IMG/VR virus record: IMGVR_UViG_3300013307_000018
Coordinates: 16,312 to 80,311 of that record
Length of the DNA stretch: 64,000 nt
DNA from: a virus
Lineage: Duplodnaviria; Heunggongvirae; Uroviricota; Caudoviricetes
Direction: 5' to 3' (one strand)
The notes under the pieces are model-generated. The model was given only the letters and a program-made list of their open reading frames with translations, did no database searches and was not told the DNA's origin. Below, piece after piece: positions 55,065-64,000 of the stretch. The stretch's first letter is position 1. Each line of letters begins with the position of its first letter. Position numbers and translations under genes: made by a program.

Positions 55065-55588
55065 GCGGCAACTGGCCCTAATAAGAGACGGTACTCTTTC
55101 TGTTCACTGTTACTGAGTACACGTACGTGAGTGAAGCGACGACCCAACAACGTCCCGTAGAGCGAAGGATAATCTTCATCCGCCTGAAAGCGTGGAGGTT
55201 CCACTTTCGGGGCATTCTCATCCATGACCGGGGGTTTGTAGTTCGGGTCTTTCGGTAAAAATGCAGTAACCAAATCTTTGCTGGTTTCGAAGTGGGCTTC
55301 CATGAAACTCACACCGTTAACCGTAATCTCACGTCCGGTGAACACATAACGGTTCACCATACGGGTTGCAATCATACGCAGCTCACCAAAGTCTTCGGTG
55401 AGGATATGGGCTTTGCGCATCACGGTCTGCTTTTCAATCATCTCAGGAGGAATGCCCTGTAGATTGATAATCAGGCTGTCGTTGTTGCGCAGGTTCACCA
55501 CGGCAATAGGCAGGTTGATATCGAATCCATCTAACTTTAACGTGACGACTTTACCACGAAAATGCAGTTTCTTTTGAGGGAGTTTCAT
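55061..55588 (-). CDS. hypothetical protein (175 aa)
   Basis: ORF track. Confidence 0.5.
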   Translation of the reverse strand: MKLPQKKLHFRGKVVTLKLDGFDINLPIAVVNLRNNDSLIINLQGIPPEMIEKQTVMRKAHILTEDFGELRMIATRMVNRYVFTGREITVNGVSFMEAHFETSKDLVTAFLPKDPNYKPPVMDENAPKVEPPRFQADEDYPSLYGTLLGRRFTHVRVLSNSEQKEYRLLLGPVAA

Positions 55589-55641
55589 ATTGCGTTACAC
55601 CGGTAGAACGGGAGGGGAGGTTTCCCACCCTCCCAGGAGAG

Positions 55642-56079
55642 TTAGTCTTTTGCGAGGCCCACTGCCGCCTCGTTGATATTACGCAACAATGCTTCACGAT
55701 TGATGAACTGGGAGTGGAGTTCACCGTCACAGATATGCGTGCCTGATGGGATAATGACCTTGACGTCGTTATGCATAAACGCCGCGTCCTGACGACTGAT
55801 CACATCAAAAGAAGGCACCCCAATGCTACCGCCATCCAAGTGATTGAACACCGAGAAAATAGCGCCCGAGATACGTTCACGTGGGGTCTTCTGAGGTAAT
55901 CGATCCCAGTAATCCACGATGCCGTCAACACTGTCCAGGAAATGTGCCCGAAGCAAGTTTTGTGCCTGGGTTTCGTCCGTGATGCGAACGGCGTTAGGGT
56001 CATCGCTGTTGTGTTGTTCCAGGAATTGCTCAATCCGTGCCATGCGTTCGGCTTCATCGATAATGTCAGTCATTGTCAT
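55642..56079 (-). CDS. paralog family A member 1 (145 aa)
   Basis: Shared motif YW..P..TP.ER.SG..FS...LDG....P.FD.IS with next three genes. Confidence 0.5.
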   Translation of the reverse strand: MTMTDIIDEAERMARIEQFLEQHNSDDPNAVRITDETQAQNLLRAHFLDSVDGIVDYWDRLPQKTPRERISGAIFSVFNHLDGGSIGVPSFDVISRQDAAFMHNDVKVIIPSGTHICDGELHSQFINREALLRNINEAAVGLAKD

Positions 56080-56512
56080 CTACCTGTTGTTCCGCCGCTT
56101 CCATACGCAGGGTCTGGATATGCGTGTATTCATTCCGCAGGTTCCGGGTATGAGAAATCACGGTCCCTTCTTCTACGCACACGTTACCAATATCCGTATT
56201 GGCCGCACTGATGATATCAAAAGCAGGCAGGTCACAGTTGGTACCATCCAAGGTGGACAGAATCGAGAACACCACGCCGCTGGTGCGTTCGTACGGTGTG
56301 AGGTCAGGTTGGTTAGCCCAATACCGCGCCATGTCGTCACAGTGCCCCAGGAACTCGCCACGCAGCAATGCTTCACCCCGTTGTTGGTCACGGGCTTGTT
56401 CATCAGCCAGGGAGGCTTTTTCAGCAAGACTGTCTGCGACCAGTTTATCCATCAGCTCAGGTGACGGATGCTGTTGCTCAGGATAATCTTTACGTTCGGT
56501 TGAATCAGTCAT
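56066..56512 (-). CDS. paralog family A member 2 (148 aa)
   Basis: MARYWANQPDLTPYERTSGVVFSILSTLDG. Confidence 0.5.
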   Translation of the reverse strand: MTDSTERKDYPEQQHPSPELMDKLVADSLAEKASLADEQARDQQRGEALLRGEFLGHCDDMARYWANQPDLTPYERTSGVVFSILSTLDGTNCDLPAFDIISAANTDIGNVCVEEGTVISHTRNLRNEYTHIQTLRMEAAEQQVDDND

Positions 56513-57008
56513 CTTCTTTTACCTGTAGGTTAGCAGCGGTTTCACGTAAGGCCTGATAATCCCGCCGAATATGGGTCATTTCAAACTCGGCTTTGTAATC
56601 GACCGGGAGCGTTTGTATCTTGCCATCGCGCCAGACATCACACATCACGCTATCGTGCCCTAAAGCACTTACCGCCAATACCGGCATCTTGCGTGCTCCG
56701 TCGAACAAATCCAGTACTTCAGCCACCGCGTTGTGAATGGTCTCTGCCGTCATTGGACGTCGACTCCATTCGTCTGCGATTTCTACGGCTTTACGTAGCA
56801 GCGTATCCCGGACTTCTTCCCCGTAGGCCGGTAAGGGTTCGTCGTCTTCAACTTCAGGCGGAGGTGTGAACTTGGCTTTCGGTGGGGGTTTGATAGTGGG
56901 TTTAGGCGGTACCCGCACCGACGGTTTGTTGGGCTGTACCGCTTGCACAACACTGCGGTCGCTTTCGATACGCAACGACTCAGTGACAGAATAGAGACGT
57001 TTAGTCAT
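56505..57008 (-). CDS. paralog family A member 3 (~167 aa, Pro/Lys-rich N-terminal region)
   Basis: Internal ATG with AGAGGAAG SD; ADEWSRRPMTAETIHNAVAEVLDLFDG. Confidence 0.45.
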   Translation of the reverse strand: MTKRLYSVTESLRIESDRSVVQAVQPNKPSVRVPPKPTIKPPPKAKFTPPPEVEDDEPLPAYGEEVRDTLLRKAVEIADEWSRRPMTAETIHNAVAEVLDLFDGARKMPVLAVSALGHDSVMCDVWRDGKIQTLPVDYKAEFEMTHIRRDYQALRETAANLQVKEDD

Positions 57009-57525
57009 CGTCTTCCTCTGTGACTTGGTAGTTGGCAACCGCGTACCGTAACCGTTCAAAGTGATACGATTCACCGCCATGGAAGTAATTGGTGCGGTCA
57101 GTGATACCTTTGACGATTTTCCCATCCCGGAAGATAGCGATATCATTATCGCCATGTTTAGGGGCTAATACCGTTGCCCCCGGGAACCCTGAAACCTGTC
57201 CATCCAGGATGGCTAATACGCCAGCAATTGCCCCTTCCGCCCGCTGCATGTCAGTGATGTCGGGCTTAGTGCCCCATTCATCCGCAACATGGCTGCACTG
57301 TGCAGCAAAGGCAATACTGAACTCGGAGTCTTCAACATCCGCCGGGACCGCTTCATCCAACGGGCCGTTATTCTGTTTGGCGTCGAGGAACGCTTTGAGG
57401 ATAGTTCCGTAGGTATAGTAAGTTTGGGTCATGGTTTTACACTCACGAGATTGATTAAAACTGGCTAACTTAGCGATCAGCTCATCATCGGGATAGAAAT
57501 CATCAAGCGGATGTTCGGTGGTCAT
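57001..57525 (-). CDS. paralog family A member 4 (174 aa)
   Basis: ADEWGTKPDITDMQRAEGAIAGVLAILDG; TGGAGG SD. Confidence 0.5.
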   Translation of the reverse strand: MTTEHPLDDFYPDDELIAKLASFNQSRECKTMTQTYYTYGTILKAFLDAKQNNGPLDEAVPADVEDSEFSIAFAAQCSHVADEWGTKPDITDMQRAEGAIAGVLAILDGQVSGFPGATVLAPKHGDNDIAIFRDGKIVKGITDRTNYFHGGESYHFERLRYAVANYQVTEEDDD

Positions 57526-58100
57526 GCAACCTCCAGAATGCCCCGTATGGTGGTCAGGATACAGTTAGTACGATTGCCCTGAATGTGCTGATTCCAGGGG
57601 CGGTCATACAACCAGATGTGGTCCGGCAATGCATGAGATTGGTCGAAACGAGGACGGTCATCAAATAGGAGGTAGTTTCCTGCTCCGTAGATGTTGTCCA
57701 GATAAGTCACTTTATCCGGGATGACGTTATAGTCCAGTACGTGAATTTCATCAATGTACTGTGTCATACCGTGTTCGGTTAACATAGCCAGGGTGTGATT
57801 GTAGCCTTCTGCGTGGTACCCGCGATGTGTGCATATTGGAAAACGCGCACCCATGGCATGCAATGTTGGAATGGCTTTGAACAGTTCTAACGTTCCTGGG
57901 AAGGGAATAGCCGTACGCATGAATTTTGCTTCACCAATCACAACCGGGTGGTGTCCGTTGGTGTTCGACGGGTCCAGATAGGTATCTGCTGGGCATTCAA
58001 AGCCGTGGTCATCCAGGATGATTTTACAGATAGCCCCTTCGGTATCGACTAAACTGTCATCCACATCCAAAATAAAATACTTAATTGGTAAGTCTTGCAT
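57522..58100 (-). CDS. HAD-like hydrolase, possible 5'(3')-deoxyribonucleotidase
   Basis: N-terminal FILDVDDSLVDT (DxDx[TV] motif I). Confidence 0.45.
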   Translation of the reverse strand: MQDLPIKYFILDVDDSLVDTEGAICKIILDDHGFECPADTYLDPSNTNGHHPVVIGEAKFMRTAIPFPGTLELFKAIPTLHAMGARFPICTHRGYHAEGYNHTLAMLTEHGMTQYIDEIHVLDYNVIPDKVTYLDNIYGAGNYLLFDDRPRFDQSHALPDHIWLYDRPWNQHIQGNRTNCILTTIRGILEVA

Positions 58101-58594
58101 CACACACCCTGTTGGTTGAGGTTATCCAGGTAGTCTCCGTAAGCATTGTCCAGTGCGACGTGCGCACGCGATGCTTCGGATTCACGGTCAAATGACACAT
58201 TGATAGGCAAGCCCGTAGAGCGCAGGATAATCGGGAACCCGTATTTGTTATCATTGAGTTCCATGACTGCACCCACGTACAACACTTCGTGCAAATCGAT
58301 GAGGGCATGGTTATCGCCCTTTTCAATGCGATGATGTTGGTGGCGCTTCGTACTGGTGGAGGTAGCCATGTTGTTGTACTCCTGCCAGGCAGTGATAAGG
58401 TGTTCGCGGTGAACTTCAATGTCGTGTTTACCACCGGATTCAACGAGTCGTTCATTACCTGAGACCGTTACGTTGAAATACCGACGACTGTGACGGGTAC
58501 TGGGATGAATAACCCCGACGAATTGCAAAGCCGCCAGATTGATTACCGTACCGTGCCCGTTATCCTGGTTGTCGATTTGATAAATCGGGTTCAC
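58100..58594 (-). CDS. hypothetical protein (164 aa)
   Basis: GTG start coupled (GTGA) to upstream stop. Confidence 0.45.
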   Translation of the reverse strand: MNPIYQIDNQDNGHGTVINLAALQFVGVIHPSTRHSRRYFNVTVSGNERLVESGGKHDIEVHREHLITAWQEYNNMATSTSTKRHQHHRIEKGDNHALIDLHEVLYVGAVMELNDNKYGFPIILRSTGLPINVSFDRESEASRAHVALDNAYGDYLDNLNQQGV

Positions 58595-58965
58595 GGTTGA
58601 ATGTCCGAAAGGGTTGCGTTCGGAGTGTTAAATTCAGCCTGCGAGGCCTCCATGGAGGCCTGCATCTCCGCCAACGACATCGGTGACTCACCGTTAACCA
58701 ATTGCTCCCAGGCATTGATGAGTTCGTTACGTCCGGCAATCGCCAGTTCTACAGAGGCGAACGACACCGAGACTTTATTCAGGTGCGGACGGTTGTAGCC
58801 CAGTACGATACTGGCTTCTTTACCGATGTACGACGGATGCACCGCACTGATTTCCACTAAGTCATTGACCACGACGGTGTGGGTGATTTCCGCCTCATTC
58901 TGGCAGGTCTCATACGAGCGGGCGTCAAACTTGCGTACTGTCAGGTTCAGTAATCGTGTTTTCAT
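58591..58965 (-). CDS. hypothetical protein (~124 aa)
   Basis: Internal ATG (MKTRLLNLTV). Confidence 0.4.
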   Translation of the reverse strand: MKTRLLNLTVRKFDARSYETCQNEAEITHTVVVNDLVEISAVHPSYIGKEASIVLGYNRPHLNKVSVSFASVELAIAGRNELINAWEQLVNGESPMSLAEMQASMEASQAEFNTPNATLSDIQP

Positions 58966-59233
58966 TTTTCTTTTTCTCCGGGAAATACTTTTCAATAATA
59001 AACGCTATCGCCACCAGTGGGTCACGATGTTTAACGATGTCTCGGGCAATCCGTTTGCCTACGACGGTCGTCATGCGCTTACGTCGCATTTCTACACACC
59101 GACGGATAGACGATTCTCCGGTATATCCGCCCGTGTTGATATGTAAGTGTACAGTTTGCACTAAATCCCGGACTTCATCCAGGATTTGTGCTTCGAGTTT
59201 GTAGTCAACCTGCGGGTTCGGTATCAACTTCAT
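58925..59233 (-). CDS. hypothetical protein (102 aa)
   Basis: ORF track. Confidence 0.4.
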   Translation of the reverse strand: MKLIPNPQVDYKLEAQILDEVRDLVQTVHLHINTGGYTGESSIRRCVEMRRKRMTTVVGKRIARDIVKHRDPLVAIAFIIEKYFPEKKKNENTITEPDSTQV

Positions 59234-59732
59234 CGAGATTGTGTCCAGGTGGTAATTGTAACGCTAACGCTTCTTCCAACGTTAACGCCCCTTCAGGTAA
59301 ATCAAATACCCATTCCCCATCGGCGTCCTGCACCATGGAGGCAAAGCGCCGAAACTGTTTTGGAATAAACGCAACGCCATCTCCCGCCGGAATCACATCC
59401 GGGAAATCCTCTTCCCCGAACAGATAGACACAGTGCTCCACGATGTCTTGTTGGGTCGTGATACTGGCCATATATTCAGACGGGTGTTCTTTGGCGTGCA
59501 GTAGACAGATTTCAGCAACCTCATCATCACGGATACTGGAGATTTGGTCATTGCCCCAATAAATGGCATTGGGTCGGCATTTGCGATGTACCGTACCATC
59601 CTTCAATCGGATGTCGTAGTACTCTTTATAGCGCTGTCCGTTATACGGTACCCATATGCCAGGATAGGCAGGGTGATGGTTAAAACTGTCCATCCAGACC
59701 CACGGCACCAACGGTTCAATCTCAGTTTGCAT
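59205..59732 (-). CDS. hypothetical protein (~175 aa)
   Basis: Internal ATG (MQTEIEPLVPW) with AGGATAACC SD. Confidence 0.45.
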   Translation of the reverse strand: MQTEIEPLVPWVWMDSFNHHPAYPGIWVPYNGQRYKEYYDIRLKDGTVHRKCRPNAIYWGNDQISSIRDDEVAEICLLHAKEHPSEYMASITTQQDIVEHCVYLFGEEDFPDVIPAGDGVAFIPKQFRRFASMVQDADGEWVFDLPEGALTLEEALALQLPPGHNLDEVDTEPAG

Positions 59733-59779
59733 TGAGGTTATCCTAAATTCCAATCACAATAGATTCACCCGGTACGTAA

Positions 59780-60436
59780 TTAACTATCGTCACGTCCCAC
59801 AGTAAACCGTTTCAACACTTCGATACTCCCATCAGGGTGTCTACGCACCAACATCCCTGCTGTTTCGTCAAACCCGCAACCCACATCAATGCCGAGCGTG
59901 ATAACCTGACCATCCGCAAAGCTCATCATTGGCTGTGATGTCGATTTCCCCAACGCATCGTACATCACCGGTGGCAGTATTAACTTGTCTACCGGTTGTG
60001 CTTTGTATGCCTTTAGGGTCTCAGCCAACTTTTCCATGAAGGGACTAGTTTGTTCCTCGGTTTTCCAGGACGTTGGGTTAGACCCCACAAACAGGCGGTC
60101 GAAGGCATCGTCTGCGGCAACCGGAGTACTGATAGCAATGGTGCGGGACTTGGTCGCAGGTAACTTGGATTGTTGTTCCAAATACCCCCAAAGGTCTTTT
60201 GCCCAGGACTGCGTGTGAGGAGCAAACATGGGCAACGGCGAAATATTGGAAAACCCCTCACGCATGTGGGCCAGGGCTTGATGCACCGGCAGCACCGTTT
60301 TGATGTCACGGTGCATGTTCTCCCGCATACGCTGCATGAGTTCCGCAAACGTGGGTTTGGGTGTCCAGGGCTTAGACGGCACAAACCCAGTCTGGCGGCG
60401 TTTGGTGTTGAGGCGTTTGCGAATGCTGGTCATCAT
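59780..60436 (-). CDS. hypothetical protein (218 aa)
   Basis: ATGATG at 60431-60436 with GGAGAG SD. Confidence 0.5.
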   Translation of the reverse strand: MMTSIRKRLNTKRRQTGFVPSKPWTPKPTFAELMQRMRENMHRDIKTVLPVHQALAHMREGFSNISPLPMFAPHTQSWAKDLWGYLEQQSKLPATKSRTIAISTPVAADDAFDRLFVGSNPTSWKTEEQTSPFMEKLAETLKAYKAQPVDKLILPPVMYDALGKSTSQPMMSFADGQVITLGIDVGCGFDETAGMLVRRHPDGSIEVLKRFTVGRDDS

Positions 60437-60674
60437 AACTCTCCATAAGGCGAACACAGTGTTCACGGTGTTTAGGACCGGCAATAACGATGCACGCTTT
60501 GTGGCGTGCTCGCTGCGCGTCCGTGAAGATAGCCATTCCGTGTTTGTGTTCAAATCGATAATGTTGCTGGAACCCACAGCCGGTGGCGGTCACCACAAAA
60601 GTTTCTACGTGAAAGACCTTGATGTTTCGAATGTGGCGTTTACGTTGCTTACGAATCGCGACCATTGGCATCAC
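60372..60674 (-). CDS. possible small His/Cys-rich protein (100 aa)
   Basis: ORF track; 65-nt overlap with downstream gene lowers confidence. Confidence 0.3.
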   Translation of the reverse strand: MMPMVAIRKQRKRHIRNIKVFHVETFVVTATGCGFQQHYRFEHKHGMAIFTDAQRARHKACIVIAGPKHREHCVRLMESYDDQHSQTPQHQTPPDWVCAV

Positions 60675-60909
60675 CTTCGGTGTTGTAAACGTGACCTAAC
60701 AGCTGTGCGCGCTGTTCGAGCGCTTCTTTAGTCAGGGCGATATTCTCAGGCTGACTGGTAGGGGAATAGGTCTTAGTGCTTTTATTAAACCCCTGACTGT
60801 CGTGCTTGAATTCACCTTTATTGGCCAACTTCACCGGGGTATTCGAACGGGGGTGGTTGTGTTCGGTACGGCGTTGTTGTTTACGTTTACGTTGTTTAGC
60901 AGTAGCCAT
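60649..60909 (-). CDS. small basic protein (86 aa)
   Basis: Internal ATG (MATAKQRKRKQQRR). Confidence 0.35.
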   Translation of the reverse strand: MATAKQRKRKQQRRTEHNHPRSNTPVKLANKGEFKHDSQGFNKSTKTYSPTSQPENIALTKEALEQRAQLLGHVYNTEGDANGRDS

Positions 60910-60989
60910 GATGATAATTCCTTGGGTTATGGGATTCCGGGACATACAGGAACTGCTCACCGTAGCGAACAGTTCCACGAGGGTGCGAC

Positions 60990-61397
60990 TTACTCTCTGG
61001 TTTTGGCAGTATACTGTTCCAGATTGGATTTGAGGACGCTGAACAGACTGTCTGGGGTCATTTCATCGTGACCGATACTAGAGACGAACTCATCGTCTTC
61101 AGTAGCGAGCTCAACGCTCATCGTTCGGTGACTCACATTCACGCTGTAATGAAAACCTTCCATGGTCGCCAGCTCATGGGTCTCATTCAACAAAGCAGCG
61201 GCTTCCAGCGTAAACGGACCTGCACCCGTGGCACCAGGCGAACTGAGTAAGTCATAGAACGCATCGGTCAGACGTTCATCAGAACCTTCACCCAATACAT
61301 CGAACGTAGCAGGACCAATGGTCTCGATGGTTTGGTTAATCAGGCGGGTTGCCAGTGCATAGCACGCAGTACCGCGACGTGGGTCATTGACATCCAT
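60990..61397 (-). CDS. paralog family B member 1 (135 aa)
   Basis: Internal ATG (MDVNDPRRG) with AGGAGAAA SD; motifs GPFTLEAAALLNETHELA ... DSLFSVL. Confidence 0.5.
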   Translation of the reverse strand: MDVNDPRRGTACYALATRLINQTIETIGPATFDVLGEGSDERLTDAFYDLLSSPGATGAGPFTLEAAALLNETHELATMEGFHYSVNVSHRTMSVELATEDDEFVSSIGHDEMTPDSLFSVLKSNLEQYTAKTRE

Positions 61398-61468
61398 TAT
61401 TTTTCTCCTGCTTGTTACTGATGCTGTCACGCAGTTCGTTAAACAACGCATCACTGGTGATGGCAATG

Positions 61469-61954
61469 TTATTTGGGGGACTTTGTGTTGAATAAAGCCA
61501 GGTTGGTAGCCAACGCACTAAACAGGCTGTCGGAAGTGACTTCCTCCAATGGGATGGAAGTCACTACTTTGTCAATATCGTTGTTGACGCGTGTTTCCAG
61601 AATACCGTTGTCAAGACTCACACAGTAGTCGAGTTTATCAAGTTCAGCTACCCGGTGGGTTTTGTTTAGCTCTAACGCCACGTTAATATCAAACGGGCCT
61701 GGACCGGAGGCCTTCAGGATGATCTCAGTGAGTTCATCCACGAGTTCGTTGCGGGCCTCGCCTTCTTCTACCTGCTCACCGATGTTAAAGCGGATGTTCA
61801 TGTCAGCACAAACCGCCAATGCTGCATGGCGAGCTGCCGACATCGGGACGTCACGACGGGTGTAATCACCCTCGTCACCTACCGGGGTTTCATCGAACCC
61901 GTATCCGCCTTCTGTTGACGCCAGCAGGTGGTCTGCCTGTGTGAGGGTTAGCAT
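61469..61954 (-). CDS. paralog family B member 2 (161 aa)
   Basis: RRDVPMSAARHAALAVCADMN ... GPFDINVALELNKTHRVAE ... DSLFSAL. Confidence 0.5.
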   Translation of the reverse strand: MLTLTQADHLLASTEGGYGFDETPVGDEGDYTRRDVPMSAARHAALAVCADMNIRFNIGEQVEEGEARNELVDELTEIILKASGPGPFDINVALELNKTHRVAELDKLDYCVSLDNGILETRVNNDIDKVVTSIPLEEVTSDSLFSALATNLALFNTKSPK

Positions 61955-62346
61955 GGTGATACTCCAAGCGGGACAGTACCCGCGTAATCGGTGGGATTGT
62001 AGATGGCCTTGGCAAGAATGGCTTCATTCACCAAGGTGGATAACTGCGCAATCAGGTATGATGGCTTGTTGAGTAACACCGCCTCGACACGGGGTTCAAG
62101 GATGTAACGGCGGGTTGAACCGTCGGTACGCACTGAACAAATGCGTTCGATGCCCAGATACACTGATGCTACATCGTCGTGGGGTTGGTCGGGTACCACA
62201 ACACTCAACGCCAGACCACTGCCATTGAATTTCAGGGCGAGTCTGGGACGCCGTTGATCGTTACCGTGAAACAACACAGCTGACCCAAATCCGTAAGAGA
62301 AAGCCAGTTCACCTTTTGGGATTGGTGCTGAAGGAGCATCGGCCAT
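61948..62346 (-). CDS. hypothetical protein (132 aa), embedded in paralog array
   Basis: GGAGGTG SD; TAATG coupling; no family-B motifs. Confidence 0.45.
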   Translation of the reverse strand: MADAPSAPIPKGELAFSYGFGSAVLFHGNDQRRPRLALKFNGSGLALSVVVPDQPHDDVASVYLGIERICSVRTDGSTRRYILEPRVEAVLLNKPSYLIAQLSTLVNEAILAKAIYNPTDYAGTVPLGVSPC

Positions 62347-62732
62347 TATTCACCTCCACACAGGGCTTTACGCGTACCCATCACCACTGCAAACAAGCTG
62401 TCCGATTTGGTTTCAGTTTGTTCCAGTGCTGAATTGATGGTCTGGATGGCAAACTCATTGCGGTTTGGCATGTATGACAGGCTGTAACCGACACCGTCTT
62501 CGGCCGCCCGTTCGTGCAGGCGGTTGAGTTGATGTAGCGTATCCAGGGTATAGGGGCCAGTGTCAGGCCACGCATCCGGTAGCTTACCGGCGATGGCATC
62601 AATCTCTTCATCCGTAATAGGTGCAGTTAGTCGGTCTTCGATACACACCAGGACGTGTCGCACTGCAGAGCGGGAGACGTGGTACTCGTATTCGAGTTCT
62701 TCCCCGAATACGGATAAGTCTTCATTTGCCAT
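62346..62732 (-). CDS. paralog family B member 3 (~128 aa)
   Basis: Internal ATG with AAGGAGCC SD; GPYTLDTLHQLNRLHERAAEDG ... DSLFAVV. Confidence 0.5.
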   Translation of the reverse strand: MANEDLSVFGEELEYEYHVSRSAVRHVLVCIEDRLTAPITDEEIDAIAGKLPDAWPDTGPYTLDTLHQLNRLHERAAEDGVGYSLSYMPNRNEFAIQTINSALEQTETKSDSLFAVVMGTRKALCGGE

Positions 62733-63108
62733 CAGTAGGCTCCTTGACAAGTTGTTTACGGGCCGCGCGGATAGCTTCGAACAAGCTGTCGCCGGTTACG
62801 TGTTCTAACCCACCAACAGCTGGTTCAGCCGCAACAGCGAATCGCTTCCTATCAGAGTCATACCCCACTTCCCAATCGCGACCTTCTGCATGCAGTTGGT
62901 TGAGTTGGAACGCGACGTCCGGGGTAACCGGACCTTCACCCATGTGCTGGTTGAGTACTGCATTCGCACCATCAATGACATCTTCCATGCGGTTAGCACT
63001 GAGGTAGTCGGTTGGTGCTTTATCAAACAACTCAGAAAACTGATGGGTGAATAAAGTGAGCATGTCATTGACAATCATGTCCTGACGGGTTGGGGTGTTG
63101 TCACTCAT
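62722..63108 (-). CDS. paralog family B member 4 (128 aa)
   Basis: GPVTPDVAFQLNQLHAEGRDWEVGY ... DSLFEAI. Confidence 0.5.
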   Translation of the reverse strand: MSDNTPTRQDMIVNDMLTLFTHQFSELFDKAPTDYLSANRMEDVIDGANAVLNQHMGEGPVTPDVAFQLNQLHAEGRDWEVGYDSDRKRFAVAAEPAVGGLEHVTGDSLFEAIRAARKQLVKEPTDGK

Positions 63109-63605
63109 TCCGATTTCCCCATATTGGTACGCACACCCATGATAGCCGCATACAGCGAATCCTCACTCTGATGCGTTGTCGCAGTGCCTTCTACACCTGA
63201 ATCAAATTGCAGGTAAGTGAACTGGCGAGTTGCGGTGTTGTGGCCAACTTGCCAACTCTTACCCTCGGCGTGTGCGGTGTTCAACTCACGAGCCACATCC
63301 ACGGTCACCGGGCCGTCACCCAGGTCAAATGCGGTACCGATAATGTCAGTGGCTTCATCCACGATTTCCATGATGACTTCGTGGTCGATGTTGAGTTCGT
63401 GCAGGTCTAACCCTTTACGGTCAGCCAGCGCCCCAAACACGGCAAGTGCGGCATGACGTGCCGATGTTAACGGAATACGACGCGGGCCGTCTTCCCCTAA
63501 ATCCACCCGGGGGATGTAATCAATTTGATACCCGTCCAGAACACGGTCCAGGTGGGCCTGGGCTTCTTCTGGCGTTAGCGTTGGTTTGTATTCTTCATCA
63601 CTCAT
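63105..63605 (-). CDS. paralog family B member 5 (166 aa)
   Basis: PRRIPLTSARHAALAVFGALAD ... GPVTVDVARELNTAHAEGKSWQVGH ... DSLYAAI; AAGGATG SD. Confidence 0.5.
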   Translation of the reverse strand: MSDEEYKPTLTPEEAQAHLDRVLDGYQIDYIPRVDLGEDGPRRIPLTSARHAALAVFGALADRKGLDLHELNIDHEVIMEIVDEATDIIGTAFDLGDGPVTVDVARELNTAHAEGKSWQVGHNTATRQFTYLQFDSGVEGTATTHQSEDSLYAAIMGVRTNMGKSE

Positions 63606-63614
63606 GAGACATCC

Positions 63615-63980
63615 TTATTTTTTCTGATAGGTGTACAGGGCGTCGTTGATGGGGTTACGAATCATCAACACTATCTGGTCTAACCGCTCTTTAGGTAAGC
63701 CGGCCAGTGCTGCACTGATTTCAGGTACCTCCTTTAACGTGTCGATGACATCGCGGGCGGTTAACCCGGCACGCGTATTCAACAACTGGCTATCAGGTAT
63801 TACGGGGATTCTGGTCTGTTCATACGTGGCGTCGCTGACCTGGCGATTGAACGGCACAAAGAACACGCCAGCAATCATTTTCTCTTTCCAGTCCTCGAAC
63901 AGCTCCAGACGCATTGACCGCTTGGTAATGCGGGCATCCAAATACTCTTTACGAAACGCCATGGCGACATGCCGTGCCAT
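63615..63980 (-). CDS. hypothetical protein (121 aa)
   Basis: ORF track; start near window end, may extend. Confidence 0.4.
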   Translation of the reverse strand: MARHVAMAFRKEYLDARITKRSMRLELFEDWKEKMIAGVFFVPFNRQVSDATYEQTRIPVIPDSQLLNTRAGLTARDVIDTLKEVPEISAALAGLPKERLDQIVLMIRNPINDALYTYQKK

Positions 63981-64000
63981 GCGGTAACGGCGCAGGTTCA

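Noticed and set aside
1-64000. Prophage or integrative element signatures (integrase, attachment-site direct repeats, transposase)
   Set aside because: No tyrosine or serine recombinase motifs, transposase DDE motifs or flanking direct repeats were seen. The tRNA locus is internal and not at an element boundary.

Overview
This window reads as a contiguous stretch of a large tailed dsDNA phage genome, or a phage-derived element, with roughly 50% GC by eye. About 115 tightly packed genes are predicted, and all but one lie on the minus strand. Genes are linked by ATGA and TAATG start/stop overlaps, and the region is split into many short transcription units by a stereotyped family of intrinsic terminators. 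On the coding (minus) strand these terminators read GGGAGNC-UUCG-GNCUCCC followed by a UUUAUUUUUU tract. On the plus strand they appear as aaaaataaa-GGGAGNC-CGAA-GNCTCCC.

Recognisable functions are nucleotide and early-function genes:
- thymidine kinase (tdk), a ThyA-family thymidylate synthase, PhoH, and a Mesh1/SpoT-type small alarmone hydrolase;
- two HD-domain hydrolases, an Rnl2-family RNA ligase, a DEDDh 3'-5' exonuclease, and a HAD-type nucleotidase-like protein;
- two paralogous AAA+ ATPases, an SPFH/band-7 membrane protein, a DUF1353 protein (the only plus-strand gene), and a pectate-lyase-fold (beta-helix) depolymerase-like protein;
- a small tRNA locus with one intact tRNA (anticodon GCU) plus tRNA-derived fragments.

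Most other genes are ORFans, many of them small membrane or secreted proteins. Several are unusual for a phage:
- a complete trimeric-autotransporter adhesin (signal peptide, long repetitive stalk, YadA-type anchor) sitting as a self-contained promoter-gene-terminator unit;
- an orphan HigA-type antitoxin gene next to an AAA+ ATPase;
- two acidic proteins ending in SSB-C-terminus-like tails (DDDWLDLPY and DDVDDLPF);
- tandem arrays of diverged paralogs: five members at 60990-63605, four at 55642-57525, and several pairs;
- a 17-bp motif repeated three times in promoter position;
- two AT-rich single-gene islands.

No integrase, transposase or CRISPR array was seen. Start coordinates were refined by eye from ATG and Shine-Dalgarno context and may be off by a few nucleotides.
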